64,000 nt of DNA from Chlorokybus atmophyticus. Its lineage: Eukaryota > Plantae > Mesostigma and Chlorokybus algae. Numbering within the stretch: position 1 is the stretch's first letter; each line of letters begins with the position of its first letter. This document shows, one piece after another, positions 26,017 through 38,728 of the stretch. A model generated the notes under the pieces. The model had not been told where the DNA came from and did no database searches. It saw nothing but the letters and a program-made list of their open reading frames with translations. The stretch lies in assembly GCA_009103225.1 (NCBI GenBank), contig RHPI01000560.1:169465-233464 (forward strand). Direction: 5' to 3'. The position numbers and the translations under genes are program-made.

Positions 26017-27241
26017 ATGCTGGCGCCGTTGGTGTCGTTGTTGTCGTTGTCGTCAATAATGGCGGTGGCGGCGATGTCGATGGCCATGTCGTCGTCATTG
26101 TTGGGAACTTCTTTGCTGCACCTACGCAGCAGCAGGCGGCGTTTGAGGGCAGAAGCCCGTGGTCGTGCCTGCGCTCCTCAGCAGCGCAGGAAGCCAGGTG
26201 CTGGTGCCAGGCTGCAGACAAGGGCTCAGAGGTGAGCATGCATACTGAGCACGTATGTGTTCCTTATTGGGTGTCACAAGACTGCGTACAATGCATGGCC
26301 TCATGACGAAGACTGTTGTTGGTGTGAGTGTATGCTTCCTCGTGCATGCAGGCAATGCCAGGTCGGCCTTGTTCTCGCCAAACACTGGCTGATCACAAAC
26401 ACAAGACCCTTGTCCCATAACGAAGGCTGTTCAAAGCACTCCACTGCTTTACACAGCCTTACGTCTGCAGTATGTACAGCTGTCGTCTACATGGCATACG
26501 CTGCTTGACACCACACTTGGCAACATCACAGCATTGTTCAGAGGTGACCAGGTCACTGCAAACAAACCGTGGGTGCGATCTGTCTGGTGCCAGTTGGAGC
26601 AGCACACAAAACTGCATGCTGCCGCAATGCAGGTTGCATTCATACGTGCATGTGCAACCTGCATTGCTACATGTGCCATGCGCACATGCAGCGATGCATG
26701 TGCGTGTGCATGTTCCTCGCAGTCGTTGGCATGGGGTTGTTGAGTGCTCTTCCAGCATGTAGCAGAGCGTTAACGGCACGCTTGTGGCAGAGTTGATGGC
26801 GATGGTGTCGGTGCACCACAGCAGTACCCGTGGTCAACAGAGCCAACACCAATATCAACATCGACATCGACACCAGCACCAACACCAGCACCAGCACCAG
26901 CACCAACGTCAACTCCAACTTCATCACCAGCGTCCTCAACATCACCGTCGTCATCGGCATCGACAGCATCATCGTCTGAAGCACCATCAACCAGCGGAAG
27001 TGGCACCGACACACTTTTCGTGCGACGAACGCTGAGAGGGGGCCAATGCGTGCAGCACAGCGGCGCCGTAGTGGTATGAAACGTAAATATAGCACAGGAC
27101 ACTCACACTTATACACTTACATACTTATACACATGCATGCACACGCATACGCACGCACACGCACACACACACACACACACGCACGCACGCACGCACACAC
27201 ACACACGCACGCACACGCACACGCACACGCACACGCACACG

Positions 27242-27286
<45 letters not shown>

Positions 27287-27690
27287 GCGCATACAGGCTG
27301 TGGGTGATGATACGTGCCTCTGGCAGGTGTTTGGGGATGTGAACCGGAGGGCCGAGGTGATCGCGGGTGGGGACGTGGTGGTGTGGGGGAGGCTGCTGGG
27401 CGAGGCGCATGCGGGAAGGGGCGGCGACCGCAGCGCTGTCATCGTTGCGCTCGAGATGGAACCCTCTTGCCTGAAAATTGCCGACCGGGTCGCTTACGGG
27501 CCCGAAAGCTCAGCTGGAGAGATGTGCCCTGAAATCGCACGCGTTGGGAGCGACGGCCGCATCGGGTATGTATACGCGGGTGAAGTTCTTCACTTCAGTA
27601 CTTTGGTCACATGCTGTTTGGTAAGCTTTACATTGTCTTAGGGTGGTTGCAAGCTGTTGTATTGATGCGGTACTCTGTACACACAAGTAA
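26017..27690 (+). CDS. minC: Septum site-determining protein MinC (plastid division), nucleus-encoded, with transit-peptide-like N-terminus and Pro/Thr/Ser linker; start and last exon approximate
   Basis: Splicing 27073/27327 gives [21 protein letters not shown]|[56 protein letters not shown]...[12 protein letters not shown], the MinC C-terminal beta-helix signature. Confidence 0.85.
27130..27285. repeat. Compound (CA)n/(CACG)n microsatellite in a MinC intron
   Basis: Direct sequence inspection. Confidence 0.9.
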
Positions 27691-27917
27691 GCAGTGTTGG
27701 ACAGGAAGCTCCACGACATTCCTGTCATACAGCACTTCATACATGGTCATGTAGTACCCTGTGTGGTGGTATTGGATTACCCATCACACTACTTCATCCT
27801 TAGTGCTGTGGGTTAGCCCACCAGTAACTTGCCACAGCACAGCATGCTACCCTATGCCACGCCATGTAGTAAGCACTCTAAAGCATCCAGGCTTTTAACC
27901 TGAACTGGGGCTATGTT

Positions 27918-28409
27918 GTGTTGCTACCCAGCATCATGCCAGCAGGGCGCTACGCCAACATGCCGCATGAAGCAACAGCGGGTTCACTTCGATCCAAACA
28001 GTCCAATGGAGGCGTGATCTCACGAGCCAGCGGGGTGTCGCTCTTCACCGGCGCATACATCTTTGCAGCGGGTGTGGCATTGCTCATGGCGCCCGCAACA
28101 GTGTTCAACCTCCTCTTCGACTCGCGGATGATCGCGACAGGGTGGATACGCGTTTTGGGTACGCTCGCGTGCACCTTCGGCGTGAACTACATCGGTGCAG
28201 GGATTGCCGACAGGGCAGGTGCGGGGGATGGCGTGCGAGCGTATTACCGCGCAACCGTTGTTGGGCGAGTGCTTCTCTTCTGTGTCTTCTGCCTGCTTGT
28301 CGCCATGAGGGAAGTGCAGGCCACTCTGCTCATACTCGCTGCTGCCAACTTGGCTGGTGCCATTGCCATGCACGCCGCTGTCCGTGCTGACAGCAGTAGA
28401 CTGGTATGA
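27918..28409 (+). CDS. Intronless small multi-pass membrane protein of unknown function (~150-163 aa)
   Basis: Single clean ORF with four hydrophobic segments (AYIFAAGVALLMAP; WIRVLGTLACTFGVNYI; TVVGRVLLFCVFCLLV; LLILAAANLAGAIAM). Confidence 0.7.
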   Translation: MLLPSIMPAGRYANMPHEATAGSLRSKQSNGGVISRASGVSLFTGAYIFAAGVALLMAPATVFNLLFDSRMIATGWIRVLGTLACTFGVNYIGAGIADRAGAGDGVRAYYRATVVGRVLLFCVFCLLVAMREVQATLLILAAANLAGAIAMHAAVRADSSRLV

Positions 28410-29025
28410 ATGATGTGCTTTGTGCGAACCAATCGTGTTGTGACTGACTGACTATGGTGGACTGTTACATGATTGACTCGCTTACGAGTGCATCAGATAT
28501 GGCATTGTTTCTTACTCCATCAGTACGCAGCAGCTGGTGGTCTAGATGAATTGTGTAATTTAGGACGTAGAATGTACTTGCATTGTACCTGGATGTGGCT
28601 AACTTGCATATAAATGACAACCAACTTCGCATGAGGGGGGGAGCATATGCACAGTTGTCAGTGCAGGTGACAGCTGCAAACAACAATTGGCTTCCAGTTT
28701 TGTTTGTCCATGGCCATGGCCGCAACTTGTGTTGCATTGTCGTGTGATACACCAGTTCTTGCGACTCTACAACCTTGCACGACTGCAGCTACAACCAACA
28801 CAACAGACGCAGATTCCCATGTGAGTCAACAATATGTAGTTATGTTGCACAGGTCTAGCCAAAGACACCAACTATTTTTCATGAAGAGTCAGAAACTACT
28901 CGAGCCTTTCACCCAAACCATGGGGTCAAGCGCAGACAGCTACAAAAGCAAGGCAAAACCGGTGGGCAAAAGGAGAGAAGAAAGGACCCTAGCTACGCTG
29001 TCAACACGAGATGTACTCAGCCAAT

Positions 29026-30767
29026 CTAAACAGGGACCGGGATGAGGCGATCGGTGTTGTAAAGCGAAGCAAATGCGGAAGGCGAGTTGACCTCGCCGCC
29101 ACCATCGGTCAGGTTGTTGTTCTTCACGAACACCCAATGGCCCTTGCTGCGCTCCTTTGAGATGTCAAGATACAGGAAACCTGCACACACAGTGCTCTCA
29201 GAAGCAGACACTGAGTGCGTTGTGCAGCAGCTTAACAAGTGTGTGCACGCGCACAAAGGTGTGCATGTGTCGCAACACAGTGGTCTCACCCTTGTCGAAG
29301 AGGTTGACAAACTTGACGGTGTGCATGGTGTTGTACACGGAGGCCTCCGCAATCTGCTGCAGAGCCTTGCCAGCGGGAGTGTAGCTGCAGTGTGGTTATA
29401 TTTCAGTAGTTGACGACTCCGCAAGATAGAGTGTGATACTAACATGCATGTCAGCATGCATTGCTTACGGGAGGAAAGGGCTGGTAACGGATGATGACAC
29501 ATATTCTACAGCGAGGGAGCCCGCGCCGGTGGTGGCATTGTACGCGCTGGGGTCAAAGTCATTCAATGACACGTCATTTGCCCCTAGTCAGGGAAACAAT
29601 AAGTGAGTCAACCTGAACGCTGAACGGCATCAAGATCACAACAACCACATCTATACTCACATGCAGAGTGAATGTCACCAGACAGGATGACATTGTTGCG
29701 GATGCCGTTATTCTTCAGGTACTTCAGCAAGCGGTCACGGTTGGCTGGCACCCATCCAACACAATGTCTCATCGATAATCCCAACCCAATGCAAGTGCAT
29801 TGTCAACCAAGCAGTTGCCTCTTACTTACCCACATATCCGTCCCATTGGTCGGGGTTGCCGACGAGTGGTCCCGTAAATGTAAAGGTGTTGGGTGCGATC
29901 GGCGTGAACATCACCTGCTGGCCGATCACACGCCAGCTGGCGCCACGCGCGTTGGAGGCGCTCAGCTCGTTGTCCAGCCAGGTCTGCTGGTAGGGGCCGA
30001 GTATCGTGCGAGTAGGGCTGAAGAGGCTCAACCCATCATACTGCACGAGACAACAAGGAGTCAATGTGTGTGTACTTGTGTGTCACTGTATGGAGCACAT
30101 GTGCTCAAGTCATCTGACTTATCGCACTTACAGGGCTAGCTTGCTTCTCACGGCCGATGTAGCGGGTGTCGAGCATGATGAGGTCCAGAAGGTTGCCAAA
30201 GTGGAAGCTGTGTGCACAAGGAGCTAGCATGTGAACCCCTCATTGCATGTTGCAACATTAAGAGGTCTGTGGAGGCTGAAGTCATTACCCCCTTTACCTG
30301 CGGTACATATGGCGGAGGTCGTCTCCCTCAGTGGGGCGGATGGGAAGATACTCATAGAAAGCGCGGATGCCGTTGGCGCGGCGGTCGCTCCAGCTGCCTT
30401 CAGTGGCAGGCTGTTGTTGGTTTGTTGCCAGTGACACAACAAGCAGCTCTCATCAGTCATTGGTACATTACAGCTGATAAACTTGCTTGCATGTACACCT
30501 GCACATGTGTAAGCAAACGCACCTGGTGGTTCTCAGCGCCATACAAGTAGCCGTTGTTGGCAACTTCGTGGTCATCCGCCACAGCAATCACTGGCAAAAA
30601 CTTGAATAAAAGCATAGTTAGTCCAGCAGAAGTCTTCCCCTCAGTAAGCAGCATCCAAGGCGTACATAACATATTCACAAGACCACTAACACACTCCCCC
30701 ACCTGTGACATTGCCTTAAGATTGGGGTCATTGCGGTATTGTCGGTGGCGGATGCTGTCAAAACATG

Positions 30768-30828
<61 letters not shown>

Positions 30829-32219
30829 TCTCACCGGTAGTCAGAGAGGGTGATAATCTCCTTGTCGGGGAGCGGGGCGCGGCCAGGCATGGCCGTGCCG
30901 TACTGGCCATTCTTGTACTCGTAAATCCAGTCTCCAAGCGCCAGCACCGCATCCAACTCATCCCTGACAATTTGTCTAGTTGAGTCACGAACATGGATGT
31001 GTACACACATACACATACAACAGCAAGCTCCTTACTTGCGGTCAGCGATCTTGCCGTAGACAGAGAAGTAGCCGAATGCGATGTTGGCGCAGGAGACAAC
31101 GCCGAAGCGAGCGCGGTCGATGTCCGCGTCACGGCTGGGCATGGTCTTGGTCTCACCTGCATGATGATAGCATTTGTGTTTAGACTATGCAGGTGTGGGG
31201 TGTGCGCGCATGCACAACAACACGATACAACAACAAAGTGCACACCAATGACAGAGGAGCGGCCGTTGCTGTGCCACTGGAAGTAGTACTTGGTATAAGG
31301 CTTCAGCCCAGTGACATCAACCTGAAGAGCTCCCACCCATAAGCAGCCAACTCACTCACCACACCCACACCCACACCCACACCATCCAACTCACACCTTG
31401 AGCGTCCAGTCCACATCGGCAGAGGTGTACACGCTCCCCTTTGCCGCGACGGTCTTGAGGCTAGCATCCTCCGACACAACATAGGTAGCCTGCACGTAGG
31501 GCGCGCGGCCGGTGCGGTGCAGGCGAGACCAGATGATGACAGAGCTGGAGGTGGGGTCGCCGCTGGCAACACCCTGAGGGAAAGACACCTTGCCGCCGCC
31601 GCCGTTGTTGTTGAGCAGACGCCTGCGAAGCACCGCAGCACCAGGCTCGCGAACAGCAAGCTCGGGCCAGGTCTGGATGGGAGTTGCGTATGCAAGGTTG
31701 CCTGTCACCTGTGTGGGGAGAAGGACAGGGTGTTATGGAGGGTGTTTACTGCATGTGCATGTGGCAAGATGTGTGTGCTGGCAGCAGTAGTAGTATGGTG
31801 GCATTGATGGTTGTGTCTTGCTACTGGCAGTGGTAGTGGCATGAGTGATGTCAGTGCGCATGTGGAAGACATGCATGCTGGCAGCAGCAGGATCAGTGGT
31901 ATCCACTACAACGGTAGGTCACACGTGGATGTGGAATGCTGGCAGTAGCTGGCATAATGGCATGGACTGTGGTTTGTTGGGTGCCGTACACGTAAATGGT
32001 TGTGTGGCTGCAGTGGGTGGCAGTGATGGACATTCCAGTCTTGGTGGTGTAATGTCAGCAGCAGTAGTGGCATCAATAGTGTCACAACCGTACGACAGTA
32101 GCATGAGAGCATTGCTGGTGGTTGCCACTGCTCACCGCTTGAGCATGGGCGGTGGGGACGGCGGCGACCAGGAGGAGGGTAATGGCGACCAGGGCGGTGG
32201 AGAGACCGAGCAACGCCAT
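29026..32219 (-). CDS. phoD: Alkaline phosphatase D (PhoD) family, secreted; multi-exon
   Basis: Signal peptide MALLGLSTALVAITLLLVAAVPTAHA; FPQGVASGDPT...IIWSR; VDVTGLKPYTKYYF; LALGDWIYEY; DDHEVANN; NPDQWDGY. Confidence 0.92.
30780..30829. repeat. (GA)n microsatellite in a PhoD intron
   Basis: Direct sequence inspection. Confidence 0.9.
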
Positions 32220-35200
32220 GGCGCCGCCCACCTGCTTGCGCTGCATGCTGACAATGACTACGCTTGACAACTTGCTCAACTTGTGCCAAGCACGCTTCGA
32301 CACTGCTCACTGCTGCTGCATGCACACCGGCATAGGCAGCAGGAAGTAATCTCTCACTGGTACACTTGCTCCGTTTGTCCCGCTTCATGCAAGAGGAATA
32401 AACTGCTGTCGCCGCTTTAGGTTCTGAGCACATTGCATGTGGTGACAGGCGGTCACTAAGTTGACCAACGACATGATGGTACACCATCACTGTAAGACTG
32501 TAACAACTCTCACACGACTGCTCAGAGTACTGAGTTCAGGCAGCATGCAGTGTCTTGTGAAAGGTGAACTGTGTCAAGATGCCTTTGGCGGGTGGCACGT
32601 TCGGCTGTGGACGCATGCACCACCGTGATGATGACTTTGTGATATGTTCAGTGGGCTAATGGGCTACTGACGCTGTAGCAATGGATGCGGTAGGTTCATA
32701 GCATGCTTATGTGACGCTGTCACAGACTGACTCACAGTGACAGTCTCTAAGTCATGCCTCGGTGACTGTGCTTCACTATGTGCTACGGTAGCCTACATGC
32801 TTGTCCTATCCTTACACCTAGAGCATACACAATGAGCGCCCACATGGTCAATGATTGCAGGACGGATAGAGAGATGCTGTTCCACAAATCTGTTGACGTG
32901 TCTTGCCTCTCATGGTATCATGCACGCAACACATGACTCATGGAGTATGACGACCCTGACCAGTCACTGAACAGATCAGTGCCAGGCGTAGCTACAATGG
33001 CAAAGTGCTCCTCTCATAGGCATCAGGACTACTTCATTATTAAGCTTACAACATGTAGCTTCAAGCGCAGGCATCTGGCTGGATGGGGAATCAGATCAGC
33101 CTACCCAGGCGGCATTGCCTTGTGCAGCACAAGTTGCGCTGCATGCGGCAACACTGATGAACAGTATGCAAGGCAATGAATGAAGGCTGCTGCAATGGAG
33201 CAGACGCCCACTGGGGAGGACGATTCCACTGTGGGGCGGCGTAATGAGCGCCGAGCATGATTCCGCAGTCGGTCGGCCGATTCCTTCCTGAGCTGCCGTC
33301 CAAGCTCAGTGAGCTGTGTACGGTAATGGAGCTTGCATAAGTCAGACATAACATCAGCAAGCTAGCAGAAACACTGGTGAGTCACCAGTGGTGACATGCT
33401 TTTGCCAAGCATTGTGCACTGGCTCTGACACAACTAGTATGTCAATGAGATAAGGAGCCACAATGAACGACATGTTTATTCACATATCAGTAATCATGTA
33501 ATAAGAACACATTCTCAATCGCAGCAGGTCACATGAAATGTTGTTATGTGTACGAAAATTGCGATTCGTCGCCTTTGCCATTTGTATGAATTAATGAGCA
33601 AAAACACATGTGGCTGCTGTCACATTCATTGCGCAGACAGCTATTTGGAGAATTAATCAGCATATCACCCAAATATCAGCTATAACATCAAAAGATTTTC
33701 AGTAAAGGACCTCGCCGTAACCTTATAAACACAATTAGCACTTTCAACTTCAAGTGTTTTGACTCATTACTAAGGGCGCGCTAGAAAACATCATTTAATG
33801 TCAGCTCATTCAAACAATGAGTTATGAGCATTATCTGTAAGTGTATTGCAAGGTAACAATGTATGAGATACGATAGATCATCCATTGTATGTCATAAAAG
33901 AAAAGATTCATTTTGCTGCATCGCGTATGGGTACAATGTTGCAACATCCCTTGCAGCTTGTTACGCAATTAGTAATTGTTAACTATGTGAAATGTCATGA
34001 AGGTTGGATCAATGCAACGTCAATTTCACAATGCAATTTTTGATATTGATTGATCTGCATTGGAGCCATTGCTAATAATTTAATACATAAAGAGTTGGAA
34101 TCCAATATCTAAGTACTTGAACTATTAGGGTCTTAAATCAAGCTTGCATGTATCCATTTGTCATATCATGTAATATATGTGTGGCAAGGCTGCATAAATG
34201 CTATATTCTCTTACATATGGCAGCAACTTTTCCTGCCATATTATAGTGGTCAAGGCGCCGATGTTATATATCATGTATATGATATATATCACTATACTTG
34301 CTGTCTTTGAATGAAAACAGTGGTTGTCACTGTCCACCGGAATTGCTTTCAACACAATTGCTACATTTACATATGCAGCGATGATTGTGTATAATACATA
34401 GCTTCGTACACGAATGTATGTTTGTAAAGCAATGTGTTCATGGTCGCCACGAGAGTATGCTTCATGTAATAAACAACAAATATGATGTGATTGTCCATGT
34501 TAATGTTATTGATATCTACAACGCGAGTGCGTTTATAAGACCACTTTGAACTGCACCAGTCTTGTTACCAACTTATAAGATGACCCTTGCAATCAAAATC
34601 TTTTGCAAATGTGGTTTGCACATAACGCGCTTAAGAATTTGACACAGATTGTATACCTAGTATAGTGCGTGATGCAAGTCGCGATCGCATGTAGATTCAT
34701 ACATGATATGCCCCCNNNNNNNNNNNNNNNNNNNNNNNNNNNNNNNNNNNNNNNNNNNNNNNNNNNNNNNNNNNNNNNNNNNNNNNNNNNNNNNNNNNNN
34801 NNNNNNNNNNNNNNNNNNNNNNNNNNNNNNNNNNNNNNNNNNNNNNNNNNNNNNNNNNNNNNNNNNNNNNNNNNNNNNNNNNNNNNNNNNNNNNNNNNNN
34901 NNNNNNNNNNNNNNNNNNNNNNNNNNNNNNNNNNNNNNNNNNNNNNNNNNNNNNNNNNNNNNNNNNNNNNNNNNNNNNNNNNNNNNNNNNNNNNNNNNNN
35001 NNNNNNNNNNNNNNNNNNNNNNNNNNNNNNNNNNNNNNNNNNNNNNNNNNNNNNNNNNNNNNNNNNNNNNNNNNNNNNNNNNNNNNNNNNNNNNNNNNNN
35101 NNNNNNNNNNNNNNNNNNNNNNNNNNNNNNNNNNNNNNNNNNNNNCCCCCGTTCCGCTTTTGCGCGACGCCCTTCATGCATGGTGTGCATGATATTCTAC

Positions 35201-36139
35201 CATCATCACAATGCAAATTCAAAACTCAATATTACATTGACAACTTTGAATAGCAATGAACAGTAACATATACCTAACCAAAGACGACGACGGAACCATC
35301 AATTGAGTCATTAATAGAGTTGCAATGTATAAGGGCGATAAGTCAATCTTGTTCAATCAAGTTTAACTAGTTTCATATTCACAGTTCATGATGCGCCAGG
35401 CCAACCACCACTAGAGCCCTTGCGACTACCTTGTCTGACATTGCGATGCTCTTTGCATGAGGCCTACGCAGGTGCGCATAATATGATGGTGCAAATGCCA
35501 TAATGTAGTGTCACTAGCAATGTTGGTGCAGGTGGCTTGTGCTGGGTTGCTTTGTGTTGTGTCATGGTATCTACACTTGGACACTACGGACGCCCAACAT
35601 ATCATGGGATATTGAAGCGATGCTTCTTGTGCATAACCCCCCTCGCTTGCGTGCACATGATGCATTGGTGTCTTGGATTCAAGTGCACCGCCACAGTCAT
35701 CAACTGCCACTAATGGGCACTGTGGCCGCCTTCGCCTTCTGCGGCTACGCCGCAGCACAACAGCAGTGCAACATGGCAACCAGCAACAACAACTGGTGCA
35801 TGGCATGGTCAATGGAGTCAGAGAACACCGTGATGCATGTGCGGGTGGAGCTATCTGGGGTGCCACAATGACACAAAGCAACAGCCACATGGGCTTCATC
35901 TGCGTCCAAACATATCAATTGAAGTTGCAAAGTAAAGGTCTGTTCCAACTAGGTGTAGTTTATTACAAGTAGTGTAGAGGGGAATAGCGCACAATGCAAA
36001 TAGGCAGTGTTGACGGACGCTAGCAATAGGCAAGCCTGGCCAATTGCCCGCAGAGTCTAACCCCTGGAATCGTACACGCGAAGTGGCAGCGCACGCTGTA
36101 TGTATACAGTCCGGCAGCGCACCGACGCAGACGCTGTTC

Positions 36140-38050
36140 TTACCCGACCTTCTGGCGCTGGCCCCACACCTGGCCGCGCAGCGAGCGAGCGTCGGAGAAC
36201 AACTTGTGCGAGTGACCTGTCACTTGGTTGAACTCCAACTGCTCACCATCTGGTCCCTTAGCATAAAACAAGTTCCAACCCTGCACAACAAGTTGAGTTG
36301 ATCACTATGTTCTTTCCCTACAGCACCCAACAAAGAGCCAGGCACAGACATACATGTTGCACATTTTCTGCACATATACGCACGCACACGCACACGCACG
36401 CAGCACAGATAACAATTGAATGTAGGACTGCACACCCGAGAGGTACCTCAAAGTGCCCGCCGCTGATGTAAAAAGTTGGGCTTGCCTGGATGTCAAAGCC
36501 CACATCTTTGCATCTCTGTATCAAGCGAGCACGGAAGTCATCAAGGTTAACGCTGCCGTCAACCTCAAAGTCTATATGTTCGGAGCCCCAGACGGCCGGC
36601 GCAGTAAACGGCGTCCGCCAGCCAGGATCGAACGTCTTACCGTCTTTGTCATGATACCAGATGAGCTCCACTACGCACACGTCGAACTGGATGAAAAACA
36701 CATCCAGAAAGTGTGTCGGTTCTGCGCGCAGTGGAATTAGTCACGGAGTCATGTTGGGCAGCATTGACATGTGGCATAGTTGCAGCAACCAAAAATGCCA
36801 CATTGCATATGTTCCACACTGCGCAGTATTGATACAAACGAGGAACAATGAACACACCTGAACCACCCATGTCCGGTACACACAGGCCAGGAGGCTTCAG
36901 GTTGAGGCGTTTCAGATCGTCGAGCTCCTTGCGGAAGAGCGTGCCATGGAAGCCATCGCCAGAGATGTTCAGCTCATCCGTGACCATGTTGCCTCCAAGC
37001 ACATCGATCCAAAATTTCTGTGTGTGGCTTCACTGAGTCGACACGCCTAGTTACAAGACTGGCTGTTGCAAGTTACCTTTGCTACTTCAATGTCCTTGAC
37101 AGTGACACCGACATGCTGTACACCTTGCACCCAACGCTGGATCTGCAACCGAGTGCGTTATGTCAGCCTGCTGTTGTTGCTGCAACTCCACAGCAAGCTT
37201 ACTTGCATTGCTTGCAAAGAAAGCTGCAAAAGTTGGTAACGCACCGTGCGCTCTTGCCCTTTACATCACTTGCACTTACAAGGGGGACACACAGGGAGGA
37301 CAGTTTATTGCGGTAGCTACAACTACTGCTACTACAAACACCTTGTTTACAGTATACTGCACAAGGTCAAGACAGTCCCAGGCATCGCACGCAAATAGTA
37401 GCTTCAATCACTGGACTGCTTGCAGCTGTCTCAGGCTTGTTCAAAGTTGCACGTAGGTTGCACATAGCAGCAAACGAGGCTGACGTGACACCCCAAGCAA
37501 CCAAACGGACCACAACGGTTGCAACGGCAAGGGGGGCATTGGTATTGCGTGACATAGGCAATATCACTCAAAGCATTATACACATTCAAGTCGGTGGGTT
37601 ACAAACGCAAGAGTGCAGCATGTTCAATCGCACAGTACCCGTTTCTTTCTACAACCCGTTTACAGGCCTGCATGGCCACAATGCAATGCCTAACCCTGTG
37701 TGCCATCACTACAATGCACTAGGTGGTGGTTGTACCTTTTGGATGCGGGCAGCAGTAGAGGCCGGTATGGCGGTAACGCTAGAAGCGGGCGCTCCGTGCG
37801 TCAGCTGCGGGGAGGCGGAGGCGACGGAGGTCAGACCTACGGAGGAAGAGGGGGAGGACGACGCCGATACCTTCAAGAGGCACCCCCCACCGCTCCTCCT
37901 CTGCTGCTGTCCGCAGCGCTGTACCCACCTCTTCCCCGCAACCCCGCTCGCCGCCCCACCACCGCAGCCAGCTCTCTCCACGCCTCGCTCCCCCACCCTC
38001 CCAGCTCTCCGTACCAACCCCCCTACCGTCCCCACCGCCGCCACCGCCAT
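36140..38050 (-). CDS. Vicinal oxygen chelate (glyoxalase/bleomycin-resistance/dioxygenase) family protein, probable organellar transit peptide; start approximate
   Basis: Exons give GVQHVGVTVKDIEVAK|KFWIDVLGG, VELIWY and GWNLFYAKGPDGEQLEFNQ, the two beta-alpha-beta-beta-beta VOC motifs with H/E metal ligands. Stop at 36140. Confidence 0.7.
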
Positions 38051-38728
38051 GGCCCCCACCTCGCTCCCCACGGCTCCACCCAGCTCAATGGCCTGGTTGT
38101 TACTGCTATGCAGCAGTGGCCTGCCTGCTGGCTGGTCCGTGGTCAGTCTTCCTGGTTCAGAAACACTGAGAACATCCCAGTTACTTCCAGTCATAGCTTG
38201 CTGTGTAAGATTAGCCGAGAGTATTTGCTAAGCTTCGCTGCAGCTTAGCGATGGGTCTTCTTGGTCCACATGTGACCGCGGTCTGCCTTCCAAAGGCAAC
38301 CGAGTTCCCAAACGGCTCGGGAGCGACGTCACATTGAGAATAATATTATAACAAAAATAAACAATAAACTGCATTTTACCCTTCATAGGGGTGCATTGGC
38401 ATGGTGTGCGAGAGTCAGCGCCAACCAGCCAAGCTCTACAGGCGGCGGCGGGCAGCGCACAGCTGTTCTGCAGGACTAGCTTGCAGGCTGACTGTTGCTT
38501 TGACCTCGTTTCGTTATCTGAGTAAGCTTCCCAGCAACCATCAGCTTGATCACAGAGCTTCTTTCATCAGTGCACTGGTCTGTCTTCCCCACCATTTCAT
38601 GCTTACAGCTTGTTTGCATGCTGGCATAGTCTGCCGCTGCATGCCAGCACCTTACTTCCAGCTTCTTCATCTAAATCTGCCATCCATTGTCCATTGATTG
38701 GTGTCTGTTGAAAGGTTCATTGGTGGTG

